Assembly: GCA_051294375.1 (NCBI GenBank) | Contig: CM119266.1 | Location: forward strand, 13,766,735 to 13,830,734 | Length of the DNA stretch: 64,000 bases | Source of the DNA: Paraspadella gotoi | Taxonomy: Eukaryota; Animalia; Chaetognatha | Direction of reading: 5' to 3' | Shown here: positions 48,028 through 60,933 of the stretch, one piece after another | Layout of the letters: each line of letters opens with the position of its first letter | How positions within the stretch are numbered: position 1 is the first letter of the stretch | Notes under the pieces: generated by a model | Told to the model about the DNA's origin: nothing | Database searches by the model: none | The model's input: only the letters and a program-made list of their open reading frames with translations | Program-made: the position numbers and the translations under genes

Positions 48028-50308
48028 TCACATCTTGATCTCCTTTCCGAAACACTCGGACAAGGCCTCGCAGAATTCCACGTAGTCGATGAAGCCGTCC
48101 TTGTCCTTGTCGAACCGTTGGAGGAACTTCTTCCACGAGCCTTTGTAGACGAAGCCGGCCGACTTGAGCGCCCGAAGCACCTCGTCCTGCCCGAGTCTCT
48201 TCTCGCCCTTCTTGTCGGCGTCGACGAAGAGCTTCTGCGCGAAGACGATTTTCTCTCCGCGCATGAGGTTGATGAATTCTGGCAGCTCGAAGGTGAAGTC
48301 GTTCTTGTCGTCGTCGATGTTGTACTTTTTGAGGAGACCCTCCACGTAGAGTTTGTCGACCTTTCTCGCCTTCCGATCGCCGAAGGGATTGCCGTCCATC
48401 CATTGGAGAGCGTTCTGGAGCTCGGAGGCGGTCACGTGACCCGTGTTGTTGGGATCGCAGGCTTTGAAGCAGCGAAGGTAGTAGGCGTCTTCCTCCTGCG
48501 TGGGCATGAAGTTATCCTCGATCTCTTCCTCTTCGTCCGCCGACTCCTCGAAGACCCGCTCTTCCTCTTCGCCCAGCATCTTGGCCAAGCGACCAAATCG
48601 AGGCCCCCACCGGTAGACGTTGGTGTAGTCTTCATCCTCGTCGGCGATCGACTCGAGGGAGGAGAGGCTCCCGGCTTTGGAGTCGGTTCCTTCAAGGTCA
48701 AAGGTCAGCATCTCGTCGTTGGCGTTCGGATCCTTGTCCTCTTTCAAATCCTCGGGTTCCCGCGGCTTGAACGGCGCCACCACGCCGGCCTGGACGCCGA
48801 CTCCCTTTCCGGCGTCTTTCTCGGCGTCGCCGTCGGGTTTCAGCATCGGCGTCGACTCTAAATCGGCGTCGCCGACGTCGGCCTTTTTGGCCACGAGTTC
48901 GTTCTCCACTTTGGGCTTTTGTCCCTCGTAACTTCCGTTTTCCACAACGAGTAACGGAATCTTTTCCGGCGCCGGAAGATTCTCGTGACCCTCGACGCCG
49001 TCGGCGTCTTTTCCGTTGGCTCCGGCGCCCCTCGCCTTGGCTGCCGCCTCCTGCTTCTGTTTGCGGCGTCGCATGAAGACGACGGCGACGACGATGAGGA
49101 TGAGGAGGACGAGGACGACGATGATGATGATCCACCAGGGAAAGGCGCCTCCGGCCGCCACGTAGGATCCCGGAAACGCGAGGACGAGTTTGGACTCTCC
49201 GCAGACGTTGGCGTCGTCGCAGCCGCGGAATTCCAGACCAGGGAAATCGGGCGGCATCTCCTGAGTCTGGCGCAGTTTCAAGGTGGCGTCGTCGGCGCGG
49301 AGGGAAAGGGGCGCAGCGGCGGCTCGACGGCGGCGGCGCGCTGCGTTGTTTTCGATCTTAAAGTAATCGGCGCCGGAGGTCATTGTGATCACGTAGCTGA
49401 CGTCTCCTTCGTCCTCGTCGACGAAGACGATGTCGAGCGTCGCGTTGGCTTCGTTTCTCTGCATCGTCTGTCGCGGCTCCTGAGGGAAGGGAGGAGGAAG
49501 AGGAAAATGATTTTGGGGCGGGAAGTGATGTGATTGGACGGATGAAATAAAACTGCGAAACTGTAAAAGTTGACTCAAAATAAAAATTGAGAAAAAGTCG
49601 AAAAATACTGAAATATCAAAAAGTAAAATAAAAGACAGTAAAAAAACTAGAGAATAAATTCAAGACTTGTAAAGTTGAAGGGAGTTTAACAAATTAAAAA
49701 ATAACAAATCAACGACGTAACATTTACCTGCGGTCGTGGAAAGTTATCGTTCACGTCGCCCACGTCGACGATGAGCCGCGTGGAGGCGGCGAACTCTGGC
49801 TTCCCCGGATCACGAACGGTGACGACGCAAGTGTGACGCTTCTCCGTCTCTCTGTCCAACGGCCCCGTCGTCACCACTCTGCCCTCTTTGACCCCGAACG
49901 GGCATGTGCCGCCCTCCGCCGCTGCCATGTCGACCACGTTGGCGGTGGACTGTTGGTCGTCGGCGTCGGTGCAGCCCAGATCGCAAGGGTCGAGGGGCGT
50001 GCCGGGCGCGACGTCTTCGCGAGCGCCGCAGACGACCTCCTTGGACGCGCAGACGGGCGGGTTGTCGTTGACGTCCTTGACGACGACGGTGACGGTGGCC
50101 GTGGACTCGCGCGTCGGGCGTCCGTCGTCCGTGGCGGCGACGACGATGCGGAAGAGGGCGGTCTCCTCGCGGTCGACTTGTTTCATGACGTTGATGTTGC
50201 CGTTGCCGGAGTCGACCAGGAACCAACTGCCTGGGTCGATCTTTTGCTCCTCTCTGACAGAAAGAAGTCAGATATTGATTGATTGATTGATTACTTTTTA
50301 TTTATTTT

Positions 50309-50396
<88 letters not shown>

Positions 50397-52234
50397 TCAT
50401 TCATTAATTCATTCCTTCATTCATTAATTCATTCATTCATTAATTCATTTTTTATACATTAATACATTCTCTGAAATAAAGTAAAAAAAAAAAAAATTAT
50501 CAATCAAACACTCACCTCCCATTCACGTCGACCGAAGTCACCGAGAGCCGTTTATAACTGACGTGGGAGTTCCTGTCGAAATCCGCGTCGTTGGCTCTCA
50601 CGTTCATCAAGGGATTGACGGAGTTGGGTTCCCTGTTCTCGTCCAACCCGACCTCCAACGCCCCCTCCACGAAGACGGGCGCGTTATCGTTGGAGTCCTC
50701 GACGGCGACGGTGTAGCGAATTCGTTGCTGCTTCGTCGTCGACGTCGGATCCGCGGGCGAGGCTTGGATGTCCAGCACGATCTCCGCTTCCCCGCGAGCG
50801 TTCACTTTGTCCGGATATTGCTCGGCGAGTCGCTCGCGGTCGAAGGGCCTCGTCGTCTGAACAAAGGCCTCGTTGAGGCCCACCTTGCGCAGGGTGAAGC
50901 GAGAGGCTTCCGCCGCCGGGTCGACGAAGGTGATGGCGAAGGTGAGTTCCTCGTTGGTCTCCACGCCGCCGGAGATGGTGCGGGCCGTCACCTGGGTCGA
51001 GGTGAGTTGGGGGGGGAGGAGGAGGGGAAAAGGAAGAATTATACAAAACGGGATTATACAAAACAAGGTAAATACCGAACCAGTGGCTGCGGCCAATACA
51101 TACATACAACTGAACTGTTAATGCGGCACTAATAACATTTTGATACTTACAAAAATATTTTATAAATCAAAATAATATTTTTTTGGTATATATTATATAT
51201 GAATAAAATGCTCAAATCAATACATAGAATAAGAAAGGGAATAAAATAAAATACAATAAAAAAAAGGTTTAAAATAATAAAAAATTTCCCCCCAAAAATT
51301 GTTATTTTGTTCAAGAGCAGGTGCAAGTGAAAATCTAGTGGGTGCAGCTAAAATTTATTATAATGTTCTTTTGTCTTACAAAAAGCTTCCTTCTTTGTAG
51401 AGCCCCTAGTAGAATATGGTTAAAATACCAAAAAAATTTAATGGGACTGTTCTTTTGTTTCGGAAAAAAAATTAAAACCTAGGTTGGATCTACTTAAACT
51501 AAATTGTATTGCTTTTTTGTTTTTTAAAATGCCTCCTTTGTTTGTACAGCCATCTGGTTTATTAAGACGAAAACATATAAAAAATAGCTATTTTGTATAA
51601 AGCAATGCAAGTGACGATCTAGTGGGTGCAGACAGAAGAGCAAATTTCTATAGAAAGTAAAGAGAAAATGCTGATACTAGAAAAAGTAAGAGACAAATCC
51701 TAGTAGGAGAGAAGAAAAGTTAAGTAACCGGAAAAAAAAATCGGAAAAAAAAAAGAAAATACTATATATAGAAAAAATTGTTCAACTTCGGGGGCTAAGT
51801 AAAATCTAAGGACCTACGTAATTATAAGTAGATTAGAAGTTTTTTTCTATCTGTCCTCTGTTCAGTCAACGCAAAAACCACAAACGACCAACACTACAAT
51901 TAATTTACATTTTCCGTCCGGTAATTTGAAATAAAAAAAATATTAATACCCGCCCCGTTCTCACTTTCGTATTGAGTCGATAGGGATAAGATGGCGTGGC
52001 CATTTTCGTCAATTCCTCCGGCACGAGGGCGTTAAGCTCGAAGGTGACGGCGCTGTCTTCCGCCGCGGCCGGCGACGCCATTCGCGCCATCGGCCCCGGA
52101 TCTTTGTGGACGAACTGGATCTCGCCCGGAGAGGTTCGAGGCGCCGGCGATGCGGGAGGGGCGTGGAGGAGGAAGAGGAGAAGGAGGAGAGGAAGAAGAC
52201 GAGTAGGGGTGGGCGTGGCGAAAAGGGACGACAT
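48028..52234 (-). CDS. Classical-type cadherin with C-terminal calmodulin-like EF-hand domain, 907 aa; exons 52234-51965, 50991-50516, 50253-49728, 49479-48028
   Basis: Signal peptide; three clear EC repeats (PEE/DRE/DSNDNAPVF, DRE/DVNDNPPV, DRE/DVNDNFP) plus a degenerate fourth. TM WWIIIIVVLVLLILIVVAVVFM then RRRK. Catenin-binding motif DEMLTFDLEG..SKAGSLSSLES..WGPRFGRLAKMLG. Then EF loops DPNNTGHVTASE and DKDKDGFIDYVE. Introns are GT-AG with phases 0,2,0. Confidence 0.92.
50308..50398. repeat. (CTTT)n microsatellite in cadherin intron 2
   Basis: Directly visible perfect run. Confidence 0.95.
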
Positions 52235-52716
52235 TGTTTTTTTTTTTTTTTTTATTGGAGGCGTAAGAGTTTAATTCGCATCAAGCGTCGTTGCTCTTTT
52301 ATTTTCACTTTTTTCGTGAATTCGAATTTTCAGAATTTCTCGTTTTGTTTTATCTCTTGTCGTTCAAAGGTCTTGTTTCGCCTCGCATGTGATTTTGCAC
52401 ATAAAACAAAAATCACAAACTTTTTTTATTTATTCCTTTTGCTTTCAATCCGGCCTTCGATTACGTAGATCTACATTTTTTTTATCCGTCGCACAGTCCG
52501 AGTTAGAGAGAGAGCGAGCCTCGCGTCTCTTAGATCTAATAATCCGCGGTATTCCACAGAATGTGGGGGAATCAGCTTCGAAAATCGGACCCCGTGTTTG
52601 TTCGGCGCGAGCCACGATCCAAGTTCAAACACGGAAAATAATCAGGGTCGCACCAGAAGCCCATATCCTATAGAGAGAGGGGGAAAAAATGTCAAAAGTT
52701 TAATCAGTAAAGGGAG

Positions 52717-52769
<53 letters not shown>

Positions 52770-54528
52770 TTGTCGTCCGATACTTGCGACGTCGCAAAGT
52801 TGATCTACCAGAAAGCTTTTCACTCTCTTTTTTTTCTCTCTCTCTCCGCTCGTCAAAGTTTGAGGAAGAAAGAACAAACATCGGCCAGACCCACACTTTC
52901 CATTGTGAAAAAAAAAAATTCAATGTGAAAAGAAAAAAAAAGCGGTTCACTTTTGGATTAACATTTTAAAAAAGCGAAAAAGAAAATTAAAACGTTTACA
53001 GAAAACCCCCAAAAAAAGAAAGATCGATAAGAAGAAAAAAAGAGTCACAGTTTTTGAGAATGCGAGAAGAAAAAAAAGAGCGAAAAAGCAAAGGAGTAAT
53101 AGGCTTCCTTTATCAAGACGAAGAATCGAGAGGGAACGAAGTTCGGTCCGGCGCGGGGAGTGTCGCTCCGACCGCCTCTGTTCCGGAGCATGAGGGTTCC
53201 GCGAAAAGAGAGAGAGCTCGATCGCTTTGGTCTTTTGAAGAGAGCCTCGCCTTTTAAATTCTTTCTCTCTCTCTCACTCTTAACCAGATTTTTTTTTTAT
53301 AATAAATTCAATATGACATTCAAACAATAAATGAGTATTTTTTTTTATAATAAATTTAATATGACATTCAAACAATAAATGAGTATTGAGCAGATTTGGA
53401 GAGAGGAATCATGAATAAAGAGAAGAAGGGACATTTGTGAATGAAGAATGGAAGGCGGAGATAGAAGGGTCATCTGTGAAAGGAAGAGACAAGACTGTGA
53501 AGGTTTTTGAATGAAGGAGAGAAGGTCAGCTGTAGTAGGAGCCACTAGGAGGAAAAAAGAAACGTAACGGGAAGGGTCATACGAGAATGGAGAAGAAAGG
53601 ACTATCAAGGAAAGTGAGAAAGTGAGAAAGTTAGAAAGGTCATTTAATGGAATCGGAGAAATAGCGATCAAATAATCATACAAAGGTATTCTTGAAGGAT
53701 TCCCAGGGAAAGAGAATAGAAGAATTTATCATGATTTAAAAAAGACGACGCTAGTTATAAATATAAAATTTGTGAGAAAGATTTTTCGGCGTGATCTTTA
53801 GATCCCGACGAATGTGAAACTGTCTTCAATATTTTCTGTCGATGACGAATTCGATGACGTGGAAACCAAGATCGATGATCCTCGTCGTTGTTGTTGTAGT
53901 CGAATTTAAAAACCGTAAGAATTTCGCGGGATATTTTACTCACAAAGGTGGAGTTCGGATTTTTAAAAATAACCTCGTAATAAAAAGAGAGAAAAAAAAC
54001 CCAGTAAAGCATCGAGTGGGTTAAAAAATGTAAAAGTCTTCGGCAAAAAAAGTTTGAAATATTTAAATTAAAACAACGAGATCGTAGAAAATGTTTTGAA
54101 CGCGCGACTCGAGTATATCGAATCGTTTTAAATCTCAATTCGTTCGCGGTGAGAATTCACGGAAATTCGTCGAAAATTATTCACGCTCTTCCGAATCACA
54201 GAATCAGTGATAATCGCTCGATCGCCCAGTTTAGGCGGAATTGCGTCGAATCGGATTTGATAATCGTGCCCGTTCCGGCGTCGGTCACTCCCTTCACGGG
54301 CAGGCGGTCGGGCAAGAGAATTCTTGTTCTTTCTGTCGTATTAAAACATTGCGGATCAAATCGTAAATTATTAATTATCATTTTTTAACTCAAAAATTCT
54401 TATCTCTTCGTTTTTCCACGATTCTCTCTCGTAAACTAATTACAATCAGACTCGAATTTCCAGTTTTGTTGCGACGATCGCCGTAACAACAGTAACTCTT
54501 TTCGTCGTCGTCGTTGTCGTCGTCGTCT

Positions 54529-54562
<34 letters not shown>

Positions 54563-54674
54563 TGTCATTTCAAAAAATCTGATTTTTCGTAAGACGTTAA
54601 AAATGAAAAACCTGTTTTAGGGCTGAAGAATTCAGCAAAGCACTGTGGCAGCAGTCGACCTGGAAGCGGCGCGG

Positions 54675-54718
<44 letters not shown>

Positions 54719-56187
54719 CGAAGATAGTAAGGCAGCTCCACACGCAATCGAAGCTCCTCCGAGCAACTTACCTTTTCTCGGTTCCTTACCCGGGCAGACA
54801 TTTTTCCCTCGGATTCTCGATAATTCTTCTTCTCTTTTTTTTAGATTTGTCCCGCAATAAAATATCAGCGGTGGACTTAGATTTATTTATGCAAATCGGA
54901 TTTCGGAGATTAAAAATGGGAAATAAAAGAAAAAAGAATATAACAAAAAAAGAATGTTGAAAAATTGTTGTCGATTGACTCAAAGATTTCGAGAGTGGAT
55001 TCCTTGTTATCTTTTTTAGGGTTAAGGGTCATGATCATTGTTCAACCTGTTGCAATATATGCAACTTCAATTTATTGATTACCTTTAAAATTATTTTAAA
55101 AATTTACCTTTTTTTTTTCATGGATGGAATCGTGTTTGTCCTTGTTTGAACCCCATTCCTGATTTGCCGTCAAATACTCATGATGACTGATCGAGAGATC
55201 GAAAGAAGCGGCTGCGTTGGAGGTGCCGGCTGCGGCGCCGGCTGCGGCGCCGGGTGCCGCGCCGGCTCCCAGTATCGACCGACCCTAAAGGTGACGCATT
55301 TTTTGAGGAATTTGTTTCCTCGACCGAAATCGATTACCAGGAAATAATAAAGAAAACAACGTCGCAGGTTATGACTCCATTTCTTGGGTGAGGCTCGAAA
55401 TTTATTGGCCAATCGCCAGTAATAAAGAAGATCGAAACGTGACGAAGGAGGAAAAAATAGCTCGTTAGTTGTTTTGATATTAGGTTTGAGTTGAACAAAA
55501 TTGATCGTCTTGACATTGTGATCATTTTTCGTTATTTAAATATTAATAATAATAATAAAAAATTTCATGTTTATGATAAAATTACTGTGATGATATTTAG
55601 GTATTCAGGTATTTTATCATTTTTATGACAGTAAAACACAATGTTTTTTGGTACAAAATAAAAACAAATTTATTTTCCAATTCAGACTCCGATTTTTTTT
55701 TACAAATCATACCGAGGGCGCCCTTGCCGAAATCGCTTCCCCCCCCCCGGAATGGGTATCATAACCTTTCGATAACAACGGAAAACTAGAAATAGAAAAT
55801 ATAAAAAAAAGAAGAAAATGAGAATAGGAAAAAGATGTAAAAAAAAATAAAGGAGAGGTTAAAGAGCATAAAAACGAGGAGAAATATCGTTTAGGCAGAA
55901 TCTCCGAGATCCTAAGAGGCAATGACTGCAACGGGCCGTGGAAATATGCGAGGAGAAATGGGAATGAAAGGGAGAGGACAAGAGAGAGAAAAAAAAACGT
56001 GAGGCAAAGGATAGGAAATGAAAAAAAGGAGAAAATACTTATAAGTAAAAAAAAGGGAATCGTTTCGAGTGGGAATTGTTATCTCGTCGAACCCCAGAGG
56101 GCAGGCAGCGTCCTTGAGAGTTACGACCCCGAGACAATCATCATCATCGTCGCGAACAAAACGGCAACGGGGACGAGGAAGACTTAA

Positions 56188-56302
<115 letters not shown>

Positions 56303-58579
56303 ATTTTTTTGTTTCTGAAATTTTCTGAAAATATCTCAATTTCGTAGTTTTGTTTTCTTGAACAACTAACCGCAAATGTACTGAAAACTAACTTGAAATT
56401 TCAATTAATTTGTCATTATTCGTCACAAAGGTTGACCGAACCTTTGCCTCAAGACTAATATCTACTGAATTAATCCAATCAAGCTCGCGGGATACATAAA
56501 AATGATCATAAAATTCACCCCGGGATTTTCATTTTGCATTTTTTTAAACTTTTTTGCTGCAACATAAAAATCGAAGGGTTTATTGCTAACTTATTCCTGC
56601 GCCTACTAATCAAACGATCTTTAATTAGATCCCTTCGTTCCGCTTCGACAACGACGCCCTCAGCGGGGTTTTAGGAAAAAAAACGGACAACAAAGGTGGC
56701 ATTGAGATCGAGGTGGCGCTAATTGACGTTAATGATCGGGGTAGGAGTAACCGAGGAGTTGTCTTAAAGTCAGTACGGACGTGGGAGGATGGATAAGGAA
56801 ACGAGGATGAAGTTCATCACGGCGTGACGATCTGACAAAGTTTTTTTTAAATTTTTAAAGAGGCTCATGTTTGAATTATTAGCTAAAGTTGAAAATGAGA
56901 TTTAGAGAGTTTTTATCAACAGTTTTGTCCTTCCAAAAGTTGAATTTTTCTAAAAATAGCCACCTGAATAATATTTAAATTCAGCGTACTGGAGAAAGCA
57001 TAAGTTGAGTTTAAAAATATATATCCTCTTTCAATAACTAGTAACATAACTTGTTCTTTAAACGTATCCGATGACAATAAGAAAAAAAAAGCATCTCGTG
57101 TCGGGCGCCATCAATATAAATCCGAGAAATTGACGAAGCGATTCGAACTCATCCTCGGCATTTTCGGTAACGCTTCAGTGGACGATCCGTTCCGGGAAAT
57201 GTCGAGTCGAATGTCGTGTCCCGTATCATTAGAGATTGTCTTTGTGAGAAAAAAAAGCGGAGGGAAAACGGTTCATGGGTAGTTAAATATTGATATTACT
57301 TTATTTATATTTACATTTATTATATCTATATTTTACTTTATTTAATATATATTTATATTACTTTACTTTATTGATATTACTTTACATCTTTGACAAACGA
57401 TTTTCCCTTGAGAAATTTGTTTTCTCCTTCTGCATTTCTTAGGATAATTTACTTCGCCCTCATCAATTGTCTCGCCTCTCCCTCATTCTTCGCTTTGTCT
57501 CTCCCTCTTTCCTAAATCCGTTCCAACTTCCAAATCGCGACACACAATCCGATCCGCACCGTCGCTTCGGAATTCGAAATAATCAGAAGTTTGATTGGAT
57601 TCTGGGGCGAGGGACACGCCCCCCCTCGTTTGGGATCGACTGACGCGGAATCGACCTCAATCAATGCGATTGCAATCCCGCGAAGGGAGGAATAAAGGAT
57701 GCGAAGGAATCTTCGATCGAGGCGGGCGTCGATCGTCGTCGACGAGGATGGGAGAACGAGTCGGCAGTCGTTAAACTTAAAGGAAGTTTACATAGTCTAC
57801 ATACGTGATAATGTGATAGCAATAATTCGCGAAAACCTAGAATGTCATTTTAAGTTTTAACTGATTTGAGTTGAACCAATGAACATTTTTATGCAGTCGA
57901 CGCCTAAGCTGGTAGGATTTTTTGAATTAACTGAAAGCCAAACCTAGAAATCAATACGCACAGTTATTTAATGATCATGATGTTGTCGAATTCATTCTTC
58001 TACCCAAAGATATTTTTAAAAAAGTCTCACTTTTCGTTTTCCTCTCTTCCCTCTCGTTCTACTCTCATTTTTTTTTTTTCGTTCATCCGGAATTCCTAAT
58101 TGAATTTTGAGATGATCCCCTTCTCGTCATATCTCAATCCTACACTTTTAACTACAGTTCTGCACGCAGTATTACTTCAGGGTTGGTCTCAAGGGTGGGA
58201 AACGGGAGTACCCTTCCCCTTATTTACATCCTTCAAAACTTTGCAAGTTATCACTTCGCTCTCTCTCGTAAATATTTCCTTTCTTCTCGTACATCTTGGC
58301 GTCAATTAAAAGTCCTGGAAGTGTCCCTTCCCTTTTCTCGATTTCTTTTCTTTCCACACGACCCCCCCCCTGGATTCCATCTACGCATCAATGAAGAACC
58401 CTGGATTCCTCCCCTTCCATCCCTCATCTTCCCATCTATCATGAAGACCCCTGCATCCCTCTCCTCATTTTCTCGCTGATCGTCGCCGAAATTCGTTTTT
58501 TTTTCCTATTTCTCGCGAATTCGATCCATCACGATTAGACTCGATTTGGGCCGAGAAAAGGGGACGTCCCTTTGGAGGG

Positions 58580-58637
<58 letters not shown>

Positions 58638-59281
58638 GATTCCAACGGCTTCCAAGAGTTACTGATGACATTGGGATGGACGGGGAGGAATTTGAAAAGA
58701 AACTGAGATGGTGAAATTGAAAGAAAGGAAAAAGATGAGAGACGAGCGAGGAGAGAAAAAAATAAAAACGAAGAAAATAAAAGAGAAAAGAAAATGTAAT
58801 CACTGTCCTATTAGCAGTTGTTTCTCCACACCCAGTCATGTAGCTAACTGAGCATTCTCTCTATTAAATGCACAATCCCTGACAGTATCTCAAGCAAAGT
58901 TTAATGTTAAAGTAAAACATAAAAGATATAATCAAAAATCGAGATTCTAAAACCGAAACAGTTTCTTAACGAAACATGATTAACAAACCAAACCGGCAAA
59001 AACCGCCAGGATAAGAAACGAAATAGACCTTAAAAAATTGAACAAAGATCGTAGGTTTTTACGAAGGAGCGTGACTAAAAATACTTAATAATAACCGAAA
59101 ACATTGAGAGCGAAAGAGAGAGCTGAATAGCCAATGAAAAAAAAAACACATTTGTTGAACGCCAGGAATCGCCAAAAAAAAAGTTTTCGAAGATTGCGCT
59201 AAAATAATAGTGGATCTCAGAATAAACTAAGTTTCTGCATCCTGTCACAGTTATAGCGTATGATAAATATCCACAGTCCGC

Positions 59282-60933
59282 TCAGCCGCGGTCCTCCTCT
59301 TCGACATGCTCGACGACCAACTCCGAAAAACGCTCCTCGAAGGTCCTCCGCCAGGGCGGCATGGCTACGGGTTGAATCAAGTTGACATCGTCGGTGCTGA
59401 CTTTGTGGACGGCGGAGAACTCGGGCGGAAGGTTCACGACAGCCATGTTGCTCCAGATGAGCTGTCGTCCGCAGCCTCTCAGCCCTCTGTTTGATCGGAC
59501 TGGACTGTCAAAAGACGATGACCAAATAGAATGATAAGAAATTTCTTATTTTAGGTTTACTTTAGTATTTGTTTATATCAACCACAAGGTTCTTTTAATC
59601 CAATTTAGAACAATATAACTTAAAGTTTTAGTCTTTAAAAGTTTTAATAATTTTTTTCGGTTATCTCAGTTAACAATTAACTCACTTTATTCTCTTTTGC
59701 CCGCGTCGGGTAATGCGAAGCTCGTTGCTACGATCTACCCACGCGAACTGGAAAGTCGCCATGATCCCGCCGGAGTTTGATTCCGGTAAATTCACTTCGG
59801 TGCCGCAACGGGTAGTGTCGCATCCGTCGACTTTGTACCAGACTTCACCGCAGTAGGGACATCTCCGCAATTCGTTGATCCCGTGACTCGGAGCGTACTC
59901 CAAACTGCGCGTCCTGATGTCGAACAGCACCGTCTTGAGCTGGTGGGTGAGATTGGCGATATGTCCGGCCTCGTTGGGCAGAGTGGGTCCGTAAAATTCG
60001 AACTGGTTGATCTCGGCTACGCGCTTCTGGGCGTTGTCGATAAAATCATTGAGCCAGGTGGAGAACTCGAACAAAAGATCGCGTTTTTCATTTCCATTAT
60101 ACAATGGGAACTGCTCGTAGAATCTCTGCCGCATGGTTTCGAACAGTTGCACTTCTTTACGAACGCTGGAAAGAATCTTCAGGTTTCTGTCGTTAATTTT
60201 GAAAAACTTGAGAAAGTTGTCGCTATGTATGGTAAGATCCTGAGCCGGTTTGAGAAGAGACAGAATCTTGCGCAACATTTCGTCGCCCTTCGTATCGATC
60301 CGGGCGAAGACGACCGACTCCAGGCCGCTCTGAGACACGAGGGCCTCTCTAAATTCCGTCTCTTTCCAACTCACGATGTCCATGTGAGTCACGCAGACCC
60401 CGAGAATCCCGTCGAACTCCAAAAAGCCTTCGGCATACTTGATCACGTTGTCGATGACGTTGGAGAGTCCGAGGTCGGCCTTGACCACGATGACCAGAGC
60501 CGAGACGGGCTTGTTGGCGAAGGCGGCCGCGATCCAAAGGTTGTTCGTGAATCGGTCGGTCAAAGGATTAGTACCAGGAGTGTCGCAGATTTCCATGTTG
60601 GCGTCGGGGACCACGAAGGTGCGAGAGGAGGTGGTGAAGCTGCGACTCTGGTCCGAGCTGAGTCCTTTCTTGTCGGTCAGTCGTTCGACGATGGTGGATT
60701 TTCCGACGCGAACGTCGCCGATCAAGACAACGTAGGAGCGAGCTGAACAAAAGGGCGGGGAATTAATAGCTGATTAATAAAAGTCAACACTGATAAACGT
60801 AACTCAACGAAATAATTGTCTTGGCCCTGAAGTAAAACTAACAGATTTAAATGTTAAAAAAACTAGACTAGAACGTGCTTATTGAAGAGAAAAAAATGTG
60901 AAAAGACTTACCTCGGTCATGAGACGAAGCCAT
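59282..60933 (-). CDS. P-loop GTPase (TRAFAC, AIG1/MMR_HSR1-like G domain) with helical region and Cys-rich IBR/Rcat-like C-terminal module, 433 aa; exons 60933-60912, 60742-59686, 59504-59282
   Basis: MASSHDR|ARSYVVLIGDVRVGKST (G1), SFT (G2), ICDTPG (G3), CVTHMD (G4-like); later RRCPYCGEVWYKVDGCDTTRCG, and GCGRQLIWSNM in exon 3. Introns are GT-AG with phases 1 and 2. Confidence 0.85.

Noticed and set aside
47986-48861. 291-aa plus-strand ORF and other long antisense ORFs over the cadherin, CCDC74, scaffold and GTPase exons
   Set aside because: These are shadow ORFs expected from GC-rich codon usage on the opposite coding strand.
53290-53388. ~49-bp tandem duplication; also short direct repeats in cadherin intron 1 (~51323 and ~51608)
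   Set aside because: Two-copy AT-rich local duplications with no further structure; not CRISPR-like.
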